Shown one piece after another: positions 29,131 through 47,300 of a DNA stretch of 64,000 nt. The position numbers were made by a program, and so were the translations under genes. Origin of the DNA: Trichoplax adhaerens (taxonomy: Eukaryota > Animalia > Placozoa). The notes below the pieces were generated by a model. That model ran no database searches, had not been told where the DNA came from, and saw nothing but the letters and a program-made list of their open reading frames with translations. Within the stretch, counting starts at the first letter, position 1, and each line of letters starts with the position of its first letter. The stretch covers positions 220,678-284,677 of the forward strand of contig NW_002060946.1 in assembly GCF_000150275.1 (NCBI RefSeq), in the 5' to 3' direction.

Positions 29131-29478
29131 CAGTGTGGATCGACGCTTGGCCGGACCGGGTAGGGTACGACACTTCACTATTCAGTCCAGTACGCTGATA
29201 AGAAAAGATGGCATTGCCTGGTGTGAGTCACTACGGTACTCAACTGTAAGGGATTACGTAGTACTGTATACGTACGTGCAGTACTACGTCTACTACTCAG
29301 ATCAACAGCTCAGTGTGGATCGCCGCTTGGCCGGACCGGGCCAGGCACGAGTAGATCTTGGCTTGGCCGGACCGGGTAGGGTACGAGTGTACGACACTTC
29401 ATCGCACGGTCTGACTATTCAGTCCAGTAAGCTGATAAGAAAAGATGGCATTGCCTGGTGTGAGACAGTACGGTACTA
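29131..29478. repeat. GC-rich local duplication (~110-170 bp, 2 copies with an internal sub-duplication)
   Basis: cagtgtggatcg.cgcttggccggaccggg and actattcagtccagta.gctgataagaaaagatggcattgcctggtgtgag each occur twice. Confidence 0.9.
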
Positions 29479-29829
29479 AGACAGACTTTGCACTGTGACA
29501 CATCAGACAGATCTCTTCACAAATTACAGTACAGTATTGTACAGTACTGTAGAATGGGAACAATCAAAATACTGTACTGTACTGTACGGTGTACAGTACA
29601 CTGTACACCGTACAATAGTACATTGTACCCTATACCATGCACTGTACACTGTGCAGTCATCAAAATCTGATGGCAGTCGTTTTCACCCAGTGATGTCACC
29701 CAGCGGGGCGCGATGACCTGCCAATGTGTACAACAGCGGCAGCTCTTGACGTTGTATGGGTGACATTGATTTTGCTATGGATTTGCCCTATCAAGAGCAA
29801 GGTAAACTATTGTACTGTACTGTACATTA

Positions 29830-30240
29830 GGACATACGGTACTGTATCAGCGATCCTATAGACTACTGATCTTTTTCTGGTAGTTTATGCAATAATCAGG
29901 TATCATGTATCAGTAGGCCTCACATTGTTACAGTAGCTAGACATACTGTATCAGCGATCCTATGGACTTACTTATTTTTTTCTAGTAGTTTATGCAACAA
30001 TCACACCCTGGAATGGCAAGCAATTCAGGCCACAGTAGGGTAAAAAGACTCAGGTATCATGTATCAGTAGGCCTCATATTGCTACAGTAGCTAGACATAC
30101 TGTATCAGCGATCCTATGGACTACTGATCTTTTTCTAGTAGTTTATGCAATAATCACACCCTGGAATGGCAAGCAATTCAGGCCACAGTAGGGTAAAAAG
30201 ACTTAGGTATCATGTATCAGTAGGCCTCATATTGCTACAC
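29830..30240. repeat. 153-bp tandem repeat (~2.7 copies)
   Basis: aggtatcatgtatcagtaggcctca at ~29899, 30052 and 30205; tactgtatcagcgatcctat x3. Confidence 0.9.
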
Positions 30241-30870
30241 TACTGTAGCTAGACTTGCAACGTAGTGTACAGTATACATGTGTACATGGACTATTTCACT
30301 TGGGGTGGGCGATTAATCCACAATCTCTCCCGAAAGGCTGCAGTAGGCTTGCAACATACAGTATGCCTCCAATCATACACCGATTGTCAGCCAAATAAGC
30401 TACTACAGTAGGTTGGCTTTTACTTAGGGTCTCTAGCTTTTGACCACTTCAGTACTTGCAGCGATGACAAGAGAAACGATCAGTGCTTATGTGTCTACAC
30501 TAGTATTAGCCATGTAGGGTAAAGGACATTGCTTGTAGGTAGACAAAGTGTGAATTGACTGTCGTAAGCGGCTTTTACTCCATGATGCAATGTTATCCCT
30601 ACTCTACTGCACCAATACAATTCTTAGCCCTGATGAGTGTTGACCCTCATTAACAGCCCATGCATAATCTTACTAACGTAAGCATACAGTATGTGTTTTA
30701 CGACTCTACATCATAAAGCTGAAATGGACATCTTATAACTTATAGCATACCAAAACAGGTAAAAAGGCAGTTATACTACCACAATTCCAACAAAATTGAG
30801 GACTGTTGACAGCACAGCAGATACTACATTTACAAGCTTTTAAGCTTTTCATTTATTTTGATAGATCGCA

Positions 30871-32070
30871 ATGCTACTGGATTACGTTGCCACGGTTGGC
30901 TTAGGTATATTTTGCTACCTAGCCGATGCATTAATGGATGTCTCCTTTATTCGTCAGAATACAATACTAAGAGCAATCACGGATAATGCTGCTCATGGCA
31001 TTATCGCTGCATGGTCGTGGGCAATCGCTATAGGTTTATCTATCAATTGGAAAACAGCATCGGAAATTTTTCTATGTTTCATTTGCTCATCCGGCCTTGA
31101 TGTGGATCATTTCATTGCAGCAAGATCAATAAAGCTAAAGGTTAGCATACGATCTCAAGATGCGATAACAAAAACTTGAATAGTTTACTCATGCAGATCA
31201 TACGTTGTTGGTAAATTCAGAATTTATGCAATTTGCACAACGAATTAAAATACATCGTGCATGTTATTGCGACGCTAATTTCTCTTATCAAAAGGCTAAT
31301 TTTTTGTAAAATTTAGAAAACACTGCATCAATCTTCTTACAATAATTTGGCAATATTTTATATTAAACATTTAAACTTTATGCATCTATCAGCATTTAAT
31401 ATTATTAACGCAATCTTACAATTGACTGCTTAACTGAAAATGAATAGCATGTGGTTTAATCATTCCTACTTTGCGCTACATATCGCATGAGCCTTAACCA
31501 GAACGAAAATTTAGTCTGCTGCCGTTAGTAATGAACAAAACGCTGTACACTACTTTGAAATATGCTAGCCAGACGCACACAATGCATATGACACCATACT
31601 TCATTTTGAAAGTACAGATAGTAGACTCCCCCAACTTTAAATGATAACGTCATTTGTATTATATCCTTTCCATGATTTAAGACTATGACATACTAGCACC
31701 TGATGTGCATAATTGTTCTATTTCATTTTAGGATGCTCTAGCACTGAACAGAAGGCCATTTCTCCATGCCACTTCACTAATACTCTTTCTATTTTTTGTC
31801 ACCGTTATCGTTGTTCGATATATGCCTTTATCGGTATATCATAAAATGAAATATTTACCATATATATTTCTAGCAGCATCACTATCGCATCATTTTCGGG
31901 ATGGATATCGTCGAGGCCTATGGTTTGCACCATTTGGGAGTTCTAGACCTTTACCGTATACATTGTACGTATCATTAACTATGGTACTACCATGGATTTT
32001 GATTTATCTAATGTGGATAACTGAGAGCGAAAGAAAGATAAAAAAATCAAAAATATTACTGAATGTATGA
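30871..32070 (+). CDS. TMEM267: Transmembrane protein 267 (C5orf28 family)
   Basis: Exons 30871-31140 and 31732-32070. Motifs DNAAHGIIAAWSW, LDVDHFIAARSIKLKDAL..RPFLH, SHHFRDGYRRGLWFAPFG. An acceptor-like tttgatag just before the ATG suggests an upstream 5' exon. Confidence 0.9.
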
Positions 32071-33069
32071 AATGAAATTTGAAAATTTATCTGTCTGTAC
32101 TGTATGTCAGCACCTACGTTCATCGTCCACGAGTAAATGAACTATTGACCTCTACTAATTAGCTCAGCCTAGACGAAAGCCTTATGGAATCAAATGTATT
32201 ATATTTTATTACTTGAATATTTCATATGCGATATTGTAATTTTCGCATAAATGAAAGTATGATCGCTATTATTATTATAAGTAGAAAATAGAACAATATT
32301 TGATTGGAAGTAAAGGATGTAAAGATCTTATCCAGATTATGCACCATTTACAGACAATCTTTAATATTCTCAATTAGCAATTTAAAATTACGCATGTAAC
32401 ATAATCTTCTCTAATTTAATATGTTGGAGATTATAATTTATGACACTATTAATATCAAAATAATGGAAGATATGGTAGTAACCGTGTGAAAATGCAATTA
32501 CAGAAACTTATATTAACACTGATATACTGCTATCTTTGCCAAAATAGCAATAATGATGAATACCTTGCAAAGTGGATACAACTTATCAACGGTTATAATA
32601 ATAATAAAATCTAATCTATAGAACTAATTTATCCATGATATCAATGCAAATATAGTGTACATTCGAGTTGAACCTATTCATGCAGTAATACTATACTGGT
32701 TTAACTACAAATTAAACGACACTAAAGCAACATTTTGCCCACTGCAGACTTATTAGTCATGTACTTACTGTAACGATTTATTGCCTCTAGCGCGCTTATA
32801 GAAGCCCAATATATAGCAAAAAAACTACTCAGTGCTGTAGCAACAGATCATGTTTGCTCATTTACTTGTCCAGTCTAATGGAGCAGACTGCTGGTTGCTG
32901 TCATGCATTGTGTACACATTTCTACTCTACGTGATAGTAAATAATTGACGCCTATGGTCCTATACAGCATATACTGCACTCCCCAGTATGGCATGATACA
33001 TAGTATCATTTGCTCTACCGAGCGCGCTATCTACACTATAACGGTCAATATGGCACATTGGTGTATTCT

Positions 33070-33082
33070 GTATCCTGGAGAC
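33070..33082. promoter_or_regulatory. X-box-like (RFX) motif GTATCCTGGAGAC upstream of TEX9
   Basis: Resembles the imperfect palindrome GTNRCC-N(0-3)-RGYAAC; lies ~550 bp upstream of the TEX9 ATG. Confidence 0.4.
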
Positions 33083-33273
33083 GAGATTTGGACGGGCAAT
33101 TTAATACCTTACTAACAATTCTAATTTATAATACGTAATAAGGTACCTACCACTTCGCATCGACGTTAGCACGTTCATGAGGTAACAAATTGCAACCATA
33201 TTTGCGTTCAGATACTGTAAATCACCGATTGGCGTAGAAGCCTTACAAAATAGAAGGTAGTAGTTCGTTGCAT

Positions 33274-33301
33274 TATATATATGTATATATATATATATAT
33301 A
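33274..33301. repeat. (TA)n microsatellite
   Basis: tatatatatgtatatatatatatatata upstream of TEX9. Confidence 0.8.
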
Positions 33302-33636
33302 GTAGCACTATTAATAGCTATATCTATATGTATATAATAGCATTATTAATGACTGTTAGACCTTGACGTTAGCTTCTCTCTAAATTGTAAATTGGCGTAG
33401 ATTGTAAGCTACTTCTGCAACGTATCCCTAATAGTCAATATTTTGTTCATGTTTATTGGTAAATCAGTGAATTATCCGTTAGCTGTACCTCCCAATCGGT
33501 TAAGCATTGGTTCCCTAAAATAACTATTATCAATCTGAAAGACATACTTCAAGAATAAAGAATAGATATCATTAGTACACTATTCTACTAGTTGGTGCTA
33601 CATACAATTGATCTCCGCTCTCTATAAAGTCTAGCC

Positions 33637-37905
<4,269 letters not shown>

Positions 37906-40121
37906 TATGCACTGGTAAATTTAGCTGCAATTGATAGTATGCTCTTATACCTATAGCTCTCATATCGCAATAAATTGAAAATTTTCAATTAAAACGTTAT
38001 AAAATAAGCTTTTATAATAACAAGGATGAAATGTTATTACAGGTAAAATAAATCTACTTAACCATACTACAGCAATTCCGGTACTGATTGTAACTTCCAA
38101 TTTTGCCAATTTATCGCAATATCTACCATCTGCAAGAAATATATTTACGTATGCCTTCAAACTGTTCAACTTTTAGTGAGAAAAAACTAAAGACGAGATG
38201 TTAGATTTAATTCGTATCTAGTGGAACTGTGAATTATTATAATTCATTATATTGTACTTTTATTTTTATGATGAACACTATTTATTAGCATCGCTTGCAA
38301 TTTTAGTTCTAATAGGTGTCACATTAGCAATTCTAAAGTAATGTATGTTGAATTGGTGACATATCGTAATGCTGTGATCGAGGTCGAAATACTGTATAAA
38401 CAATCATCATTGCGTTATACACGATTATTCGTACAAGTACCTAACTTCATCTTCAAGAAATTAGCTTCTATTTATTGCCGATCTTTTTGAGATTGTATTG
38501 CTAGTTACTACACCCTAGAACGTTATTTTGAAGTATGTTTGTGATAGAATAATGTACATAATATTTATTACTGCTTTTAATGGCATTGACTACCGAGCGA
38601 TTGTTCTTAATTCCATCAGTAATTCTATTTTATTTCAAGTACGTTAACAGAACTACTCGTACATATTCTTCGTGTTTACCGTATCATATATCATTTGTGT
38701 ACTCCTTCTATTTGAACGACTCAAATTAACATGAATATATGCTAGCCAAACTTGAAATGTATAAACAAATAAGTAAAAGTATATCTTTTTGTAAACAGCT
38801 TATAGAGGAATAAATATGCTCTCATCTGTTACGCAGTTGATTCTTAAGAGATAATTATAAATTGTAGATCATCTTGCTCAGTTGAACAGATGCGGTGGAG
38901 CGCTAGATTACTTTTAGACCAATTACTATGATGAATTATGGTCTATAATACAGTATTTCAAATTTGAATTTCCGTGTGAAAAATTATTAGTCTACGATGT
39001 AATGTATAGTAGGTACTTTTTATTATTCAGTGACATTGACTGAGAGGCAATTTTAAATACTAATTACTATCTAATACTACCGCATCATTCAATCTTAGCA
39101 CTCTACAATCTACCCATTGCTATATCGTAGCCGAAATCGGGTAATAAAGCGTACACCACATAATAGCCTTTTTAAGTATCGACAATGTATCAATCTAAAA
39201 TTCGCTTGAAATTAAGTAACACTAATGCTTTATTAATTTAGTAGCTGTACACTCATTCTTTATAGTTCATATTCAATCGCAAATTTCGTTGATTAAGAGA
39301 TCAATATGATCACTATATGTCTATCTAATCAGTACTCTTACCGTACTTAATACGATATGAGTAATAAAGTCATTACATAGCAGAGCATGTATGGTTGAAT
39401 TATAAACGAAGGTATCTAGGGTAAAATAGATCAGCAGCGCGTTTTCTCTAGCAGAATCGGTAGACCTGAATTATTGCGGTATACCCTTTAAGCTAGAAAA
39501 TTATTTCAAATTTTATTTCCGTAACTTTAAGTAGTTTATCGAGCGAATGTATAAGATATTTTATCCCATATCATCATAGAAATGAATTTCACTTTCGTAG
39601 AATAGTCTTGTTCGTTTTCCTTGCATAAGTATATTGGTGTTAAATTACTATTATTTATATGAAAAGCTGTATAACCCTGAAATTTTGCTTAGCAGCTTTT
39701 CACATTAAGAAATAGATTAGGAGCACGCTATGCCAAGCAGTAAAATACATATCAAATCAAAATGTTGTATCATATACCGAATTCTGCATACATAGATGAT
39801 AGCTAGATTACTAGCATATTAATTATCATTATTATTAGATTATCTTGATGATTTCAACACTCTTCTGCTATATCAATGTTAGAATAAAAATTATTCATTA
39901 AATAATTGTAGGTTTATCAATTTATACAGCAATGATATTACACTTCGCTATTATGATCGATGACAAGGTAAAGGGTTTTATTGTCCCTTCAATTTGTCAA
40001 TTATTTAGCGCAATATGAAAGATCCGATCTTATATATTACAATATAAAGCAGCATGGTAATATAAAACATAAACAGGACTACCAACTGAAACAATTGTAC
40101 TTATACAGAGCTACTGTCAAG

Positions 40122-41216
40122 CTATCTTCGAGGTTCTACCCATGCTTCGACATGTCGCCGAGGACGAGATGGATTATTGACGGGAGCAGATACGGCTCTA
40201 CCTGGCCTGTTGATATTCCGATTTCGCCTACAGTAAAATGCTATTCGTAAGTTAGCCCACATAGCTTGTCGAAATCGAGGATTTTGAATACCATATAACA
40301 TTGGATTATATAATGATGTTAAACAAGTTACTAAAATGGTCATTAGAATAACAGTAAAAGTAGGAAAGTTAGTTTCTAGGTAGAGGGCGGTAAAATTTTT
40401 ACCGGTTATTCCCATGCTAAGCAAGACAACAAAGTAAGGCCAAGAAGCTAGCATAAATACAGCTGTTGCTATAATTAAGACACGCACTGCAGCATAACGT
40501 CGATCATCAAATAAAACCGTACTATGATATTCTTGATCAAGACGAGCTTGACGATTATATGTTGCTCTTATTTTGAATATGATTCTACCATATAAAGAGA
40601 CCATTAAAAATAATGGAATAACGTAAGAGATTAACGTTACGATAACAATCGTTACTGTAAAACTACGATAATATTTAAGATCTAAATCACAAATGTATGA
40701 AAAATTAGCCGAAACATCGGCAAAAAGGATAAAAGGCGCCGAGCACATAAGGCCTGATAGCCAAGTAAAAACAATCACTGACATTAATTTCCACCTTTCA
40801 TTAATTAAGGTAGAAACACGATTAGATATTATTACATAATAACGATCAATACAAATAACTGAGAGGGATTGCGTTGTTGTCACTAAGGATAACATTAATG
40901 GAAAGATAACTAATTTACATACTGTGGCTAAGGTACTGATGGAAGCAGCTTGAGACAAACATAACGCTTGAGCAATTGTGAACAGAATTTGGCATATACC
41001 GCATAACAAATCTGATACTGCCATATTGGCGATAAGTATAAAAGGTGCTGAGTGCATACGGCGTACACGATAAACAGTATAAATTACTAGTAGATTACTG
41101 CATACAACAGCTAATGCGTTGAAACATAGAAAACCGGATAATATTGTATAAGATTTAATTAATGGTTTAGTTGGAATGGGTGTACTTGTAACATTGGCCA
41201 GGCGAAAAAGATCCAT
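40122..41216 (-). CDS. Intronless class A (rhodopsin-like) GPCR, orphan/peptide-receptor-like
   Basis: Single ORF with 7 hydrophobic segments: SNLLVI, NMAVSDLL, C..IDRYY, TWLSG..P, YVIPL, WPYF, YNPMLY and helix 8 (NPRFR). First in-frame ATG at 41216. Confidence 0.93.
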   Translation of the reverse strand: MDLFRLANVTSTPIPTKPLIKSYTILSGFLCFNALAVVCSNLLVIYTVYRVRRMHSAPFILIANMAVSDLLCGICQILFTIAQALCLSQAASISTLATVCKLVIFPLMLSLVTTTQSLSVICIDRYYVIISNRVSTLINERWKLMSVIVFTWLSGLMCSAPFILFADVSANFSYICDLDLKYYRSFTVTIVIVTLISYVIPLFLMVSLYGRIIFKIRATYNRQARLDQEYHSTVLFDDRRYAAVRVLIIATAVFMLASWPYFVVLLSMGITGKNFTALYLETNFPTFTVILMTILVTCLTSLYNPMLYGIQNPRFRQAMWANLRIAFYCRRNRNINRPGRAVSAPVNNPSRPRRHVEAWVEPRR

Positions 41217-44200
41217 TCGTAATATTGACAAGCGGCATGAAATGATATTGATGATTTGATGTGTTAGACGGCAAGAAAAACTAGTATTTGTCTATTGCAG
41301 TTTTGAATAGAGTATCTGATCTGATGGTAGAGCCAGTTAAAGTTAAAATTTGAAGAGCAATATATCGTTTCTTTTTAGAATAAATTAGCTTATATTACTT
41401 TTCAAAACACAAACATTAAATTAACGTTATTAATGTAGAAGATTCTAGATAATTAAATTGATTCTATATAGCTTATATTTGGCTTAAAAAATGTAGTGAT
41501 AAGTGGTAATGACTTCAATGATTGATATTAGTTTCATAATAGCTACACATAATGTCTGCTTTACTGTTGGAGTCAATTACGTAATTTAATCTTAGTTTTT
41601 TATTAATTAATTAATAAATGAAGGTTATTTAATCGATACGATAATCCTCTATACTATTAATCCTTGCTTGATTCCAGCTTTCCTTGATCCATTCTAGTAT
41701 TATCTTTTTATCTTATCCCCCATTTTATTGACGAATTCTCAATTTCATAATCGTTCCAATTGAGATGACTGTAAATATTCCAATATTGAGATCAATAGAT
41801 GATATCTTTATAATAACAAACATTTATAAATGAAAATCTTGAAGATCGATGTCATTATCGTCAGAAATACGTACGTTGTAAAATGATGAATGTTTTCTTA
41901 ATAATAGAGTTAAAGTATAAATAAATGGTCGTAACCTATTTATACGAATTGTAAAATTAAATTAAGAACCTATTCAATACCAGTATTGAAATAAAACGTG
42001 CTTTTATTTTTAATTTAAAATATATTAAACCATTACGTTTATCTTCAGTATTAATAGATAAGATCCAGTCGAGTTAATCATAACAACCTGATACAAATCA
42101 TATAGATAGCAATCAATTATGTTATTTGTTTGCATTTTACGTTATAAATTATCTATTGCATACCATATTTGCTCAGCTATTTTGTAAGAAGAGTTAATCT
42201 GGGTTTTAATGACGATCAGTTTGATTAAGGTAGCAACACTTCAACCCTATAGTATTTCATCTATCTATTCCCTACATCCACTCAAAATTTACGTCAAGGT
42301 CATCGATACCTTTTACACCCTATTTATTTACTTTTTCCATTGCATTGCATTAAGTGTTGACTCAAAAGTACTTTATATATCTATATATATACAGTATATA
42401 TATATGTTATATATATATACTATCACTATGGCGTATGGCAATACAACAGCTTCTTGACGTTTACTGTATACTCTGATAGTATTTAGTAAACTGATATATT
42501 TAATTATCAATACTTGTTAGGTGTGGTGTTATCACATTCAATAAACGATAATGTGAAATAAAGTTGATAATAACTTATTTATATCATTTCATTAATTTAA
42601 AATGATGTTGATTTATTTTTTGTAATAAATATCTATTGAAGACCAAAATATTATTTCATTAGCAATGATGACCTTGACATTTACACTATTTCATAACATG
42701 ATCGACCACTTCAATTTCTCGCCACTATTCCTTAAATGGAAATTGTCTGTATAGTGGTTCAAAAATCGTTACGAGCTAGTTATGATGTGACTTAGGATAT
42801 AGATGATAATAGTAACTGTAAAAATTCAAAAATACATGAATTGGAATCATGTAGCATATGCCTTAAAGCATCGTTTAAACAGTTGTGGAAGGGTAATTAC
42901 TAATATATACATATTATTACGATATAAGTTTAAATGTTCGTAATGATAAATGGTTGCCAAAAGATTTTATTAGCCCCGATATGGTAAAAGATACAGATAT
43001 ATGATTAATAGCTACTGTCTTGTATTATCTGCTAGGATACAATTTTTTGTCGGATGTAATAAAAATATGAAAAGAGTAGTGAAAATTTCAGAATAATTAA
43101 TCCTGTTAATTTTCAACTAATCCAAACTGTGGATTTATAATAATTAGTCCTTTACATAAACCCAGCTTAGCATCATAACTTTATATTATTTATATTTTTA
43201 CGTATTATATAACAGAAGAGATTAATTTGAACTTTACTATTGTTTTCGTTTGTGTCGTGTAAAGTTTGATATATTAAGTAGATAGAGAAGAGTTGATATA
43301 ATATTGCGCTTTTGTTGTATATGTGATTTGAACGATTTCTATAGACTGTAGATATATCTGATTATGGTATTATTTCAACTATTAAGATACCATAACTGAA
43401 ACGGTAGACAACTTTCAAAGTTCGATTAAACTGCATATTTGTTATCATTGAATTGTTGAATGACTGATAATATTACATCTCATATCATTTATCAATTAAG
43501 GGAATAGTACGGAAGGAATGTTACATGTATCCTTAATTATTGCATAGTGTATACATATTAAAACGACCATAAATGAATTTTAAGTATCAAAATTATTGCA
43601 TTATGCTATTCCATTACCACTCATTTACAAAGATATGGATAGTTAAAATGGGATTTTCTTACTATATATTTTCACTCATGCAGTGGTACAACTGATACTA
43701 GAAGAATAAAGAGAAGTTTACTCTAGATACAAGAAATCAACGAGTTTCATTTTAAAGATATAAATGTTGTGCGCTATAATAAACTTAGGACGGGATCTTA
43801 GATAATTGTAAGAGAATTGATGAGCTATATTCATTGCTATATAATTCTTGACGTTGGTGAAATCATGATATGGGTAAACTACTTCCTAATGTCAAGGGTA
43901 ATATCTGCTATTTGAGTTACAGAACCTGAAAGACTAGAGCTATTCCAGCGTAATTGAATGATGAGGTTTCAAATTAGATGCATTTTGCTAAGACATGTTG
44001 AAGTAAAAGTACAGCATATCTTGCATTCAGCACAATTTATTGATAGTATAGTATCCGATGCTGGCTATATTCGGCTTAAATTTTTATAGGCAATAGAATA
44101 TATTCGTATAGTAACTATTACGTTACATGATAAATTGTAAATGTTGGTTATGAAGTAAACTACAGTATCTCAGTTCCTTAGATATAAGCAGTGGTGGCTT

Positions 44201-46729
44201 AAGCAGCTTAAGACTATTTTCTATAAATTATTTTGCTAGTTAGAGCAAGTAGTTTAAATTATAGCAAGTATCTCTATGCCATGCAGATAGCAATCCGCTC
44301 TTACGTATAAGGAATAATCGGCTTATATAAAACGGGATGGTGTGATACTCAGGACTTTCTGTACGTGACTACAGTTAGAGCCTAGCAACAAATTGCTTAT
44401 AAAAGAATAAAAGTTAGATTAATTACTAAGGCACGATCGATGTGAATGCTGCTATTAACAGATGTTCTATATGCAGATTTTTTGCGCTTGATGTTATGCA
44501 TATGCTAATGATGAGACGTAAATCAATTGAAAGCGAACTAGATTTCCCGAAGTCATTCTACTGTACTTTAAGTAAATGAAATCTTGTGTAATATTATTTT
44601 TAATAGTCAATATTAAAGTGCAGTATAATAGAGAAGAGATATCCGCAGTTAAGTTAGACCACTCAGGTATGCAGTAAAACGTAGAACCTTTCATGATATT
44701 AAGAAAATAGTAGAGATGACTTTGTTAAAATAGACTGATAGAGTATACAGTAAAGCGTAGAATTTTTATCACGGATAGATTTATCTTTAGAATATCGTTA
44801 AAATAAAATGGAAATGGCTTAGTAGGCTGTTACAGTGTTAAATACTGTATTACAGTAGAAATAACTATGTTAGGATAATTCTGTTAGACTATCCTTATTT
44901 AGTTAACTTCTAATTTGGATATGCTGTATTTTAATATAGCACTGACTTTTTATGACAGTGACACTTATACACATACTGAAATTAATAGTTATAATAGGGA
45001 ATGCAAATCATCTGCTTACAGTTCGAATCATTGTGATTGTAATTTACTTATGGTAGACTGTAAATTATGGTGGAAATGTTCCGTGATAGGACATATCGTA
45101 ATCTGACTATTCTGTATTAGTCATTACATGCCTATGTTCGTAAATACTGTTGTCTGCATTAAGGGAGCTGTAGCTAAAATTAATATCTAATTCAGTAAAT
45201 GATTCTAATGTTAATTGTATTAACTATGACTCATGAACTATTGAGGAATAGTATATAAATGCAGTATATCGTGAAATAAAGAAGAATTGTCCAACTTAGT
45301 GTTTAACGTAAAATACGAGGCGTTTAAGTCTTTGTGTAGTCTGCTAGTAGAGCAAAAGTGTTTGTGATAGTGCAGATATCGTTCCTTGATACGTGGTTCA
45401 AGGAATTGACTTATTGATCGTATATTGCGTTATCTTGTTGCAAAGCTGTTTTGTGACATAGGCACTGAGTTAATCTTAACTTTGGAGATACCCAATTAAC
45501 AATTCTTGCCCTACAGTAGAACTGAGGGCAGTTGTTTAATCGAGAATTAATCGTCAAAGTTGAAAGTCATTAAGGATTGTATAAATATGTTAATCATTAT
45601 TCAGTAAAGTAGCGTAGTGGTTTAGGTATTTAATTCAGAATTAAGAGTGTTTCTTAGATACAGCTTAGGAATTATTTGTTGCCATGGGGACAATCATTGC
45701 AGTAGCCTACTACTTAGATTATTAAGTTTGGCCTTGTGGATAATTGATTATATATTACAATAAAGCAAGAAAATTTGTATCAAGTGTGATTCAATACCAA
45801 TTTTAAATCTGCATTTCTAATTCATGAGGTATTTACTGGACAGAAAATAGTTTGAAATATTCGATTAGATACCATTTTATCAATTGAATAGGCCTTATTG
45901 TCAAAGCTGTGATAATATAGATATTGGTTGGGGTTGAAGATATGGATTCTAATGTTCCCTAGAGTAAAGTATTTACAAAATTTTTAAATTATAAATTTTT
46001 AATGCGACACGACGTTCCATTTATTCGTGAATTATACCTAATTTTAAAGATACATATCGAATGTTATCAACGATGATGAGGGCTTTGTTATTAAAATTGA
46101 TGAAGGGGCTAGATCAATTTACGTTTTGTCGTTAGTTACCGAATTAATTATTGATGGCAGATAGTTTTGTGCTCAGATTATTTTATTGAAATTATAAAAT
46201 ATTAATATGCAGTATTTGCAAAGCATGCCACATCAGAAATAATGCGATGCAATACCTTAGTCAAAATTTTCTTACTGTTGATCTATCGTAGACTGGGTGT
46301 AATCGATGGTATCCGAGTTACTATCTTGCTTATTTAGTCACGCTAGACGCGTATGGAATTTACGATGGAATATAAGAAGTTAGATATATAGGATTTTGGC
46401 CATGATATGTGAAATAAATTGCCTGTATTCCTAAAAGTATACAGATAAGTTACCAGCAGTAAGTATCAAGAATAATCATTAAAGTCGAGATGAATAACAA
46501 TATATTAAAATTGAAAATGTCGTTTTCTATAAGATATAAATCGATTTTAGGAACGCTAATGATAGTTTATTCGTATTAGTTAATTTAATGCGTTACACGC
46601 AGAATTAAGGATAGACTTTGCTGCTTATTAGCAGACATAGCCGCGGTTGAGATCGACGATATTCAAACAATTCTTTACTATTTCAGCGTTCATTGGAAAT
46701 GATCATGGAATTTCGCAATGGCAATCAAT

Positions 46730-47300
46730 AGTAGTAGATATGCCGATGGCAGTGTTACATAATGGATCATATTCATGTTCCGTTTGTCAATCGTTTCTTA
46801 AGGCAACAGCACCAGATATGCCGATGGTAATGTTGCACAATATTCCAACTCCATTTATATATTTGTCTCTTAACTCAATCGTGGCAGACATGTCGATGAT
46901 TGTACTGCGTAGTACATAATAATATTTAAGCTACTTTTATTCCTTGTTTCTAAACTGCATTAGACATGCGATAATAGTATTTAAAAGGACATGATTTTCA
47001 AGCTACTTTTACTAGTTGCCTCTTAACTTAACAGTAGTCGACATGCCGAGACCAGTATTACATCGTGCCTAATATTCAAGTTGCTTTTACTACTCCTTTC
47101 TTAACTCAACAGTAGTAGACATACCGATGGCCGTATTACAAAATATTCAAGTTACATTTTATGATTCCTCTTTGATTCAATGGTAGATGACATGCCGATA
47201 TCCCTATTGCATAGTATTCAATTTTTTTGGTACTTGTCTCTTCACTCAATAGGCTTGCTGTAGTCTTTACAACTCTTGCCGAGCTAGTCAACATGCCAGT
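46730..47300. repeat. Degenerate ~75-bp minisatellite, ~7-8 copies
   Basis: ga(c/t)atgccgat..gt(a/g)tt.ca...atattcaag..tcttaactcaa recurs about every 75 bp. Confidence 0.8.

Larger units (their letters stand above)
28821..30870. promoter_or_regulatory. Putative bidirectional promoter/5'UTR region Rab8/TMEM267
   Basis: Divergent genes ~2 kb apart; GC-rich segment at 29100-29480 and TACTGTAC cluster at 29520-29830. Confidence 0.5.

Noticed and set aside
29135-29716. ORFs of 114, 60, 73 and 60 aa
   Set aside because: They translate local duplications and low-complexity TACTG repeats; no protein-family signal.
39981-40250. Plus-strand 89 aa ORF
   Set aside because: Antisense shadow of the GPCR 3' end with a non-ATG start.
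46647-46919. 90 aa ORF with repeated DMPM motifs
   Set aside because: Translation of the 75-bp minisatellite; stops occur in later units.
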